In this document: positions 55,259 to 64,000 of the stretch, piece by piece | How positions within the stretch are numbered: position 1 is the stretch's first letter | Layout of the letters: every line of letters starts with the position of its first letter | Assembly (NCBI GenBank): GCA_963785725.1 | Contig: CAWAWS010000009.1 | Coordinates: 64,001-128,000, forward strand | DNA length: 64,000 nucleotides | Direction of reading: 5' to 3' | DNA from: an uncultured delta proteobacterium | GTDB taxonomy: Bacteria > Myxococcota_A > Polyangia > Palsa-1104 | Notes under the pieces: model-generated | Told to the model about the DNA's origin: nothing | Databases searched by the model: none | Seen by the model: only the letters and a program-made list of their open reading frames with translations | Program-made: the position numbers and the translations under genes

Positions 55259-55684
55259 TTACTCGCGCGTCGGCGTGACGGCGGCGGCGAGCGCGGCGAA
55301 GCTCTCGTCGTAGCGCCCGGTCTTGGCGTGCAAGCGAGCGAGGCGCGCGGCGAGCGGATGACGGCCGGGAATGCGCGCCGCTTCGGCGTACGCTTGGTCG
55401 GCGCCGGGAAAGTCGCCGCCCGCGGTCAAGACGTCGCCGAGCGCCACCAGCATGAGCCGACGCGCCGACGGGCGCAGCGCGGCGCGTAGGCCGCTGCGCA
55501 AAAGCTGCGCGGCGCGCGGCGGATCGGCACGCCCGACGGTGAGCGCGGCGCCGACGCGGGCCTCGGCGAACTCCGGCGCCAGCTCGACGGCGGCGGCGAA
55601 CGACTGCGCCGCGGCCTCGACTTCGCCGGCGCGCAGCTGCTCGCGGCCGCGCGCGAAATAGCGCCGCGCCACCGTCGCCGACAT
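55259..55684 (-). CDS. TPR-repeat protein, 141 aa
   Basis: YFARG...AAAQSFAAAVELAPEFAEA and LGDVLTAGGDFPGADQAYAEA TPR patterns. Confidence 0.78.
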   Translation of the reverse strand: MSATVARRYFARGREQLRAGEVEAAAQSFAAAVELAPEFAEARVGAALTVGRADPPRAAQLLRSGLRAALRPSARRLMLVALGDVLTAGGDFPGADQAYAEAARIPGRHPLAARLARLHAKTGRYDESFAALAAAVTPTRE

Positions 55685-55719
55685 CAGTCGACCTCGCGCC
55701 GCGACATCAGTCGACCTCG
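55679..55719. repeat. Perfect 18-bp direct repeat (period 23) duplicating a stop/start junction and creating the mini-ORF MSRREVD (55684..55707, minus)
   Basis: CGACATCAGTCGACCTCG at 55679-55696 and 55702-55719. Confidence 0.85.
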
Positions 55720-56330
55720 AGCCAGGAGAAGCGATTGGCGGGCGACGCGGCTTCGTCCTTCTTGTCGCTGCTCGTCGTCGGCGGCGCGGGGGCTTGGTTC
55801 GGCGGCGTGGCCGGCGGCGCCTGATGCGACGGCGACGGCGCGACCGGCGGCGGCATCGGCTGCGGCGACGAAGCCGGCGTCGGGCTCGAGCGCGGCTCGG
55901 GCGGCATCGGTCGTGGCGCCGGCGTCGTCGCGGCCTGCGGCGCCGCTGTCGTCGGCAGCGCCGGCGCAGTCGTCACGACCGGCGGCGTCGGCGTCACCGG
56001 CATCGCTTGCGGCTCCGGCGCGCGCGCAGCTTCGATCGGAATCGAACGGCCGCCGGCGCGCACGTGCACGCGTCCGCCGGCCACTTCGAACAGCGCCAGC
56101 TCGGGCAGATCCACATGCAGCTGCAGCCACGTCATCAGCTCGGCGAACGACAGGCCTTCGAGCTCGGTGCGCGCGTCGAGCATCGCCAGCGCGCCCGTCG
56201 CCGACGCCGGCGAGCCTTCGACGACGTACTCCTTGAACACGTAGGCCAGGATCTCTTGCAGCTGCTCGCGCGGATACTTGTCGAGCGCGCCGCGGATCTC
56301 GCCCACCATCTTCTTGACGTCTTTGCTCAC
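55707..56330 (-). CDS. Hypothetical protein: helical N-domain, Pro/Ala/Thr linker, C-terminal RFSWLEVD
   Basis: GTG overlaps the pentapeptide-gene stop (GTGA) after GAGGGAG; SKDVKKMVGEIRGAL... Confidence 0.75.
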   Translation of the reverse strand: MSKDVKKMVGEIRGALDKYPREQLQEILAYVFKEYVVEGSPASATGALAMLDARTELEGLSFAELMTWLQLHVDLPELALFEVAGGRVHVRAGGRSIPIEAARAPEPQAMPVTPTPPVVTTAPALPTTAAPQAATTPAPRPMPPEPRSSPTPASSPQPMPPPVAPSPSHQAPPATPPNQAPAPPTTSSDKKDEAASPANRFSWLEVD

Positions 56331-57016
56331 GACTCCCTCGTAGGCGCGCGCAAGCCGTCGGGCAAGTCGGCGCCGCCCAGCTCGCAGTCGACGAAGCGCG
56401 CTCCGTCGACGATGGCGCCGGTCAGCGTGGCGCCGCCGAAGTGGCAGCGCACGACGAGCGCGCCCGAAAAGTCGGCGCGAAAGAGGTTGGCGCCGCGCAG
56501 ATCGCACTCGATGAGGACGGCGCCGTCGAAGCGCGCGCGGGTCAGCTCGGCGGCGCCGTTGGGCGTCGGATCGGTGAAGCGGCACTTGACGAGCACCGCG
56601 CGCGCGGCGCGCAGGCCGTACAAGTTGCAGCCGACGAAGCGGGCGTTCGAGAGCTTGGCGCCTTCGATGTCGAGGTTGGCCGCTTGCACGCGCTCCCACG
56701 CCAACTGCTCGACCAGCGCGCCACCGAGGCCTAGCTCGGTCAGGTCGCAGTCGACGGCGCTCGCGCGCAACATCGTGGCCTCGGCCAGCTGGGCGCGACG
56801 GAGGGTGACGCGGCTCAACGTCGTGCGCGAGAAGTCGACCGACTCCAGCGCGGCGCCGTCGAGCGTGCAGCGTTCGAAGGTCGCGCCCGAGAAGTCGCCG
56901 CCGCTGACGCGCAAGCCCGGCGCCTGCAAGTCGCGATAGGTGTGCCCGCGCAAGGCGCCGTCGCGCGCCAGATGCTGCAGCTGCTCGCGGCTCTCGACGG
57001 TGACGACGTCACTCAT
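56327..57016 (-). CDS. Pentapeptide-repeat protein
   Basis: Nearly the whole length is (A/C)(D/N)(L/F)xx repeats, e.g. GDFSGATFERCTLDG and CDLRGANLFRADFSGA. Confidence 0.9.
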   Translation of the reverse strand: MSDVVTVESREQLQHLARDGALRGHTYRDLQAPGLRVSGGDFSGATFERCTLDGAALESVDFSRTTLSRVTLRRAQLAEATMLRASAVDCDLTELGLGGALVEQLAWERVQAANLDIEGAKLSNARFVGCNLYGLRAARAVLVKCRFTDPTPNGAAELTRARFDGAVLIECDLRGANLFRADFSGALVVRCHFGGATLTGAIVDGARFVDCELGGADLPDGLRAPTRES

Positions 57017-57118
57017 CGCGCGGTCGCTCGCGGCTGCCGTCGCCGGCGCAGCTGCCGCGACGGCGTCGGGCGCGACCCTCGCCACGCGCCGAACGTCACG
57101 GCCGGCGCGCGCTTCATG

Positions 57119-57745
57119 CTACCGCCCGACGCGCTGCTGCTGCAGCCGCGTCTCTTCTTCGACGAGCTCGAGGATGCGCGCGACCACAGCGTGCTTGTCG
57201 ACCTTGCCGCCGCCTTTGGCCGCCTTCGCCGCGGCGCCTTTGCCGGTCGCTTCGGCGTGCACGTCGGCTTCGACCTTCTCGGCCTGCTGCTCGTGCGCCG
57301 CGCCTTGCGACTCGCCGCCTTCGAGCGCGAAATGCAAGCCGCGCTGCGCCTGGCTGACGTGCGTGAGCTCGTGCGCCAGCAAGGCTTTGCCGAGCGCCGT
57401 CTTCGGATCCGAGCGCGGACCTTCACGCACGAGGATCATGCCGGTGTTGGCGATGGTCACGGCGTCGGCGCGGTGCGCCTTCGTCACCGCTTCGGCGAAG
57501 GGACCGCGGAACAGCCGCACGTCCGAGAAGCGGCCGCCGATGCGCTTCTCCATCTCCGACTGGGTGCCCAGGTCGAGCCGCTCGCCCGAGCCGGCATCGC
57601 CCACGACGATCTTGGAAAGCCGCGACGCGTCATACTTGTGCGCGATCTCCTGGCTCAGCTTGAGCGCACGCTGTTTGCGTTCGGCCTCGGTCAAGCGGGC
57701 GATTTCCGCCGCGTCGAGCCCTAGCCTATCGTCGTCACTCGCCAT
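57119..57745 (-). CDS. Stand-alone DUF4157 (eCIS core domain) protein
   Basis: GERLD...MEKRIGGRFSDVRL...ADAVT...GKALLAHELTHVSQ...HEQQAE. Confidence 0.85.
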   Translation of the reverse strand: MASDDDRLGLDAAEIARLTEAERKQRALKLSQEIAHKYDASRLSKIVVGDAGSGERLDLGTQSEMEKRIGGRFSDVRLFRGPFAEAVTKAHRADAVTIANTGMILVREGPRSDPKTALGKALLAHELTHVSQAQRGLHFALEGGESQGAAHEQQAEKVEADVHAEATGKGAAAKAAKGGGKVDKHAVVARILELVEEETRLQQQRVGR

Positions 57746-57877
57746 GAGAATGCTGCTCCAAAGTAGTCTACTCCAACAGAGGTTATCGGCAAAGGCGCGC
57801 CAAAGTTGCGTGCTCTGCGCAAAAAGCGACGACGACAAAGGACGCAACTTTTGCGGTGAAGCTGCGATAATCGAAGC

Positions 57878-58582
57878 ATGGCCGAAGACGAAAAGAAGCC
57901 CGAAGGGTCGGAGGACGAGGCGCCATCGGAGACGATGCTGGCCGAGCAGCGCGATCCCGACGAGGCGGTGCTCGCCGAAGAGGCCATTCACAGCTACGCC
58001 AATGAAGTGCTGGAGCAGTTTGGCCAAGAGGTCGAGACGGCGATGGGCAACGTGACGGCGTGGTGCGACGGTCATGCGGCCGAGCTCGAAGCCGGCGGCG
58101 TCGGCCCGCAGCTGAGCAAGGCGTTCACGAGCCAGCTAGTGTCGGCGTGCGGCGGTCGGCATGCGCCGATCGGCCACGCGCTGCACGAGCATCTCGAGAA
58201 CGAGATCGATGCGCTGGTGCGCGACGAGCAAGAGGCCGGCCGCGTCGCCGAGGGCTTGAGCATGGCGGCGCGCGATTTCAGCTGGTATTTGCGCGACAAC
58301 TTGCAGTCGGTGCTGGCGCATCACTGGGATCAGCTGCGCGACTTGGCCTACGAGGGCTCGACCGACTTCGTCGCGGCGCTGCATGCGTTCGGGCTGCCGG
58401 AGCTGAGCTTCAGCGGCGCCGGGCTCGAGAGCGGGATGATCGCCGTCGGCGAGACGGTGTTGACGCAGAAGCCGAAGACGCAGGATGAGGCGATCGAGCG
58501 CGATCCCGAGCAGGAAGAAGAGGAACAGCAGCAGGCGCTGACGCAGGCGCACGACCACCACAAAAAACAGGCGACGGTCTGA
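57878..58582 (+). CDS. Highly acidic hypothetical protein, 234 aa
   Basis: Long ORF with host-like codon use; Glu/Asp-rich termini; divergent from DUF4157. Confidence 0.75.
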   Translation: MAEDEKKPEGSEDEAPSETMLAEQRDPDEAVLAEEAIHSYANEVLEQFGQEVETAMGNVTAWCDGHAAELEAGGVGPQLSKAFTSQLVSACGGRHAPIGHALHEHLENEIDALVRDEQEAGRVAEGLSMAARDFSWYLRDNLQSVLAHHWDQLRDLAYEGSTDFVAALHAFGLPELSFSGAGLESGMIAVGETVLTQKPKTQDEAIERDPEQEEEEQQQALTQAHDHHKKQATV

Positions 58583-58588
58583 GGGACG

Positions 58589-59425
58589 ATGCCGCTTTTT
58601 TCGCGCCCTGACGGGCAGCTGGTCACCAACGAGGCGCCGGTACGGCGCATCATGCCGTATCTCATGAAGGGGCGTAACGAGAGCGTCGTCTTGCACGAGG
58701 CGCGCTACGACCTGACGCGGACGCTGCCGTGGCTGAAGCAGCAGCAGGCGGAGGGGCACAAGATCACGCTCTTCCACTTACTGCTGCATGCGGTTGCGCG
58801 GACGCTGCACGAGCGGCCGGGGCTCAACCGCTTCGTGTCCGGTGGGCGCTGCTATCAGCGCAAGGGCGTGTGGATGTCGTTCGCGGCCAAGAAGGCGTTC
58901 GCCGACGACGCGCCCATCGTGACGGTCAAGGCGGAGTTTCCCGAGAGCGACAAGTTCGCCGACGTGCACGGGCGCATCGCCGGCGCCGTCGACGGGGCGC
59001 GGCGCAGCGACGGCAAGAAGAGCGCGGTCGACAAAGAGCTGGCGCTGGCGTTGATGCTGCCGGGGCCGCTGCTCAGCCTGGTCATGGGCTTCTTGCGCTG
59101 GCTCGATCGCGTGAATTTGATGCCGGCGGCGATGATCAAGGGCGACCCGATGTACGCCAGCGCGTTCGTCGCCAACTTGGGGTCGATCGGAATCAGCGAC
59201 GTCTATCATCACCTGTTCGAGTACGGCACGGTCAGCTTGTTCGCGGCGGTGGGCAAGGTCGACAAGATGGTGTTCGTCGACGAGCAGACGCTGCAGCCGG
59301 TGGTGCGCGACGCGGTCAAGGTGTGCTGGACGTTCGACGAGCGCATCCACGACGGGTTCTACTGCGCCAGCTCGCTGAAGATCGCGCAGAACATCGTCGA
59401 GGATCCCGAGAAGTACGTCCGGTAG
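58589..59425 (+). CDS. Stand-alone 2-oxoacid dehydrogenase E2 acyltransferase-like catalytic domain protein
   Basis: RPGLNRFV, ANLGSIG, TFDERIHDGFY; no lipoyl or subunit-binding domain. Confidence 0.8.
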   Translation: MPLFSRPDGQLVTNEAPVRRIMPYLMKGRNESVVLHEARYDLTRTLPWLKQQQAEGHKITLFHLLLHAVARTLHERPGLNRFVSGGRCYQRKGVWMSFAAKKAFADDAPIVTVKAEFPESDKFADVHGRIAGAVDGARRSDGKKSAVDKELALALMLPGPLLSLVMGFLRWLDRVNLMPAAMIKGDPMYASAFVANLGSIGISDVYHHLFEYGTVSLFAAVGKVDKMVFVDEQTLQPVVRDAVKVCWTFDERIHDGFYCASSLKIAQNIVEDPEKYVR

Positions 59426-59456
59426 GTACCGTCGCGCCGCCTGGCCGCGCGCGCGT

Positions 59457-61647
59457 TCAGCGCCGCTTGTCGTGTCCTTTACTGCCGTGTTTGTCGTGCG
59501 CCTTCTCGGCCGTCACCACCACCGGCTTATCCGCGACGTGCTGAAACAGCTTGCCCGCCGCCGCGCACTCCTTCTCCGCCGCCTCCGCCAACAGCGCGTA
59601 ATCGATCGACTGCTCCCGCTGCGCCGCGATATAGGCCGCCCGCAAGATCGCGTTCTTGATGTGTCCGCCCGACAGCTCGAACGTCTTGCCCAGCTTCGCG
59701 TAGTCGACTTCCCCGACCGGCGCGCGCGACGGAATCAGCGTCCGCCAAATCCGCGCCCGATCGACCGCCGTCGGAAACGGCACGACGATGTGATAGGCGA
59801 TGCGCCGCTTGAACGCCTGATCGATCGACGCTTCCAAGTTCGTCGCCAAGATCACGATTCCCTCGTAGCGCTCGAGCTGCTGCAGGAGAAAATTGGTCTC
59901 CATGTTGACGAAACGATCGTTCGCCGTCTCCACCTTCGCCACGCGCGACGAGAACAGCGCGTCGGCCTCGTCGAAGAACAAGATCGAATGCGTCGACTTC
60001 GCCTGCACCAAGATCTCGTTCAGGTTCTTCTCGGTCTCGCCCACGAACTTCGAGACCACTTTCGCCGGGTTGACGCGATAGAGCGACAGGCTCAGCTCGG
60101 ACGCGATGACCTCGGCGGCCAGCGTCTTGCCCGTTCCCGGCTCGCCCGACAGGAGCACGACGAGCCCTTTTCCCGTCGGCAGCTTCTCGTTGAAGCCCCA
60201 GGTGTGCAGCACTTTGGCGCGATTGCGGCCGGCGGCGATGATCTCCTCGACTTGCGAGCGCTCGTCGGGCGGCAGGACGAGCACGTCGAGCGTCAGCGCG
60301 CCGTGGCGCGTGCGCTCGGCGTAGCCGGCCAAGTCGCCGCGCAGCTGCGCCTGCGCCGCCGTGTCCAAGTCCGCCATCGTCAACAGCGACGACGGGCCGC
60401 GCGCGACCGCCTTCGACACCGCGTACAAGACGGCGCTGCGAATCGAGCCGCCCGACAGCTCGTAGCGCTTGGCCAGATGGTTGATGTCGACGTCGTCGGC
60501 CAGCGGCACCGTCGGCAGGAGCAGCTGGCGCCAGATCGGCTCGCGCAGCGCGCCCGTCGGCACCTCCAGCAGCAGCCGCAACAGGACGCGGCGATCGAGC
60601 GTCGGATCGAGGCGTTCGGGCGCGGCCGTCGTCAGGATGACGAGCCCGTCGAAGCGATCGAGCGCGCGCAACAGCGCCTGCAGTCGCGGCGTGCCGGCGC
60701 CGCGGCCGCCGAAGAGCAGCTCGGCGCCGTCGAAGAGCACGACGGCATCGGCCAGCCGCGCCTCGAGGAACAGCTCGTCGAGCTCGCTCTCGAGCACGCG
60801 TCCGGCGTCGGCCAGGCGCGCGCCGTCGATAGTCGAACAGCTGTTTACTTAGCCGCTTGGCGAGCGCCGCGGCCAGCGTCGTCTTGCCCGTGCCCGGCCC
60901 GCCGACGAAGAGCGTGACCACGGCGCGCCCCGACGGCAGCAGGCGATCGTAACCCCAGGCTTGCAGCCGCGCGCTCAGCCCCGGCTGCGCGGCCAACAGC
61001 TGCTCGAGCTCGGCGCGCGCTTCGGCCGGCAAGACGACGTCGGCGAGCGCGACGTCGGGCCGGCTCAGCTTGGCGTACGTCGACGTCAGGCCCGTCGGAT
61101 CCTGGCCGAGCACGACGCGCGCCACGCGCGGCGGCAGCTTGAGCTCGCAGGCGAGCAGGTTGTCCCGGGCGTCCGGCCGCGCGCGGTCGAGCGTCAGGAG
61201 CCGATGCGCCAGCAGCGGCGCGTCGGCTCGGAAGCGCGCCCGCGCCCGCAGCCGCGCGGCGACGCCGTCATGATGCACCTGCACGACGAGCCCGACGTCG
61301 AGCCAAGGATGAAACGCCGTGCCCGACAGGCGCGTGTGCAGCTTGCCCAGCGTCGGATCGAGCTGCGCCGCCGCCACATGCGTAAGGACGTGCACGTCTT
61401 CGTCGTCGAGCCCGAAGCGCTGCTGCAGCTGGACGATTCCCGGCGGCGCCGCCGTTGCCGACAGCCGCGCCGCCAGCGTGACGTCGAGCGCCGCGCCGCG
61501 CTCGGCCAGCGTGCGCGCCACATCCGCCTTGTCCTCGGCGACGGCGAGCGCGCGCTCGAGCCGCAGCCGCACCCGCGCGCAGACGGCCTCCAAATACTCG
61601 GCGTCGTCGGCGAACGGCGCCGCGTCCGTCCGCACGCGGTTCACCAC
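59457..61647 (-). CDS. Tandem-domain AAA+ ATPase, Afp15/Pvc15 (eCIS-associated)-like, with N-terminal helical/winged-helix-like region (frameshift at about 60800-60835)
   Basis: GTG overlaps the DUF2997 stop (TAGTG). D1 GGPGTGKT...VLFDGAE; D2 GEPGTGKT...VVSKFVGETEKNL...FFDEADALF...DRFVNMETNFLLQ...ILATN...AFKRR...ELSGGHIKNA. Confidence 0.85.
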
Positions 61648-61853
61648 TACGAAGTCTTGTTGGTCTGCGTCACGCCCTGCGGCTGCTCGTAGTATTCGTC
61701 GGTGAGCTCGCGCGACTCGATGGTGTCGCCGAGCGCCTCCTCCAAAAACTTCGTCTCGGCGACGCAGCTTTGGCCCTTGATGCACTTGACGAGCACTTTG
61801 ACCTCGCCGTCGGGCCCGATGGTGATCTCGAGCTCTTTGCGTTCACTCGACAT
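61647..61853 (-). CDS. DUF2997-family small protein
   Basis: 68 aa; ITIGPDGEVKV...KGQSC...TKFLEEALG...TDEYY pattern; follows DUF1257. Confidence 0.85.
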   Translation of the reverse strand: MSSERKELEITIGPDGEVKVLVKCIKGQSCVAETKFLEEALGDTIESRELTDEYYEQPQGVTQTNKTS

Positions 61854-61856
61854 GGC

Positions 61857-62254
61857 TCAACCCCACTTGCTGACGGTGAGCTTGACCGAGCCGTCGGCCT
61901 GCACCGCGTTGGTATCGATGGTGTAGCCCTGCTCTTCGACGGCCGCCACGACGCGCTGGTAGGCGTACTTCGCGTTCAGCTCCTTGACGACCTCTTCTTC
62001 CTTCAGCCCTTTGGTGGTCTCGACGCCCCACCAATCGGCGTCCAGCGAATAGTTGCCGTCCTGCTTGCTGCACGACGCCGACGTCGTATTTGCCCATGTC
62101 GATGGACGATCGCCGCCTTCATCGTCTGCCCGCGATAGCCGCGCACGACGACGCCCGCTTCGTCGTGCTGATACTTCCAGCCCAGCTGATCGAGCGCCTT
62201 CTTGAGCGCCGTCAGATCGTTGATCTTCGTCGCGACTTTGGTGAAATGCGACAC
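61857..62254 (-). CDS. DUF1257 (Ycf35-like) protein (frameshift(s) at about 62070-62105)
   Basis: SHFTKVATKINDLTALKKALDQLG...VRGYRGQT; then YSLDADWWG...KYAYQRV...QGYTI...DGSVKLTVSKW. Confidence 0.87.
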
Positions 62255-62257
62255 GAC

Positions 62258-63822
<1,565 letters not shown>

Positions 63823-63830
63823 TGGATTCC

Positions 63831-64000
63831 TCAGCTCTCTACGACTTCGCGCAGCTTGCGGAGGAGACCTTTGGCATCTTCGGTGCGATCGACCGAGACG
63901 TTGATGGCGTCTTCCAGCGTGCGGACGGCGGCGTGATCGGGCACCGAGCTACCATGCTCGGCGACCAGATCCTTCGCCAGGAGAATATTGGTGCGCAGCT
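63831..64000 (-). CDS. 3' end of an upstream helical protein of the same operon (runs off the window end)
   Basis: Open frame ...LRTNILLAKDLVAEHG...KGLLRKLREVVES-stop ends 8 nt before the Ycf46-like ATG; too short to classify. Confidence 0.6.
   Translation of the reverse strand, partial: LRTNILLAKDLVAEHGSSVPDHAAVRTLEDAINVSVDRTEDAKGLLRKLREVVES

Noticed and set aside
63831..64000. Hsp70 C-terminal lid as the identity of the partial last gene
   Set aside because: It is helical and would fit, but 55 residues without a diagnostic motif are insufficient.

Overview
High-GC (roughly 70% by spot counts) chromosomal segment with a clear myxobacterial signature (Myxococcota, probably Polyangia-like): GltC/GltD-type gliding TPR proteins, an MXAN_5187-type protein, an FrgA-like protein, FHA/PEGA proteins, a Ser/Thr kinase and a PP2C phosphatase. 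It holds about 60 CDS, mostly housekeeping (rpsU, prmA, rsmE, thrC, ffh, comEC, pepN, sixA, ROK kinase, nth, queG, thiC, an ABC-2 exporter). I found no rRNA, tRNA, CRISPR array or mobile element. Many genes, including essential ffh, are split by small indels, which points to uncorrected long-read assembly errors rather than pseudogenes; I rebuilt those genes across frames by eye. The most interesting part is the right end (about 53.6-64 kb). A Ycf46-like AAA+ ATPase / DUF1257 / DUF2997 triad is translationally coupled to a tandem-domain AAA+ ATPase of the eCIS Afp15 type. On the same strand follow a stand-alone DUF4157 (eCIS core, HExxH) protein, a pentapeptide-repeat protein, a protein ending RFSWLEVD, a 7-codon MSRREVD mini-ORF made by a duplicated stop/start junction, a TPR protein and an orphan radical SAM enzyme. 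No tail tube, sheath or baseplate gene is present in the window. All family names come from motif recognition by eye, not from database searches.
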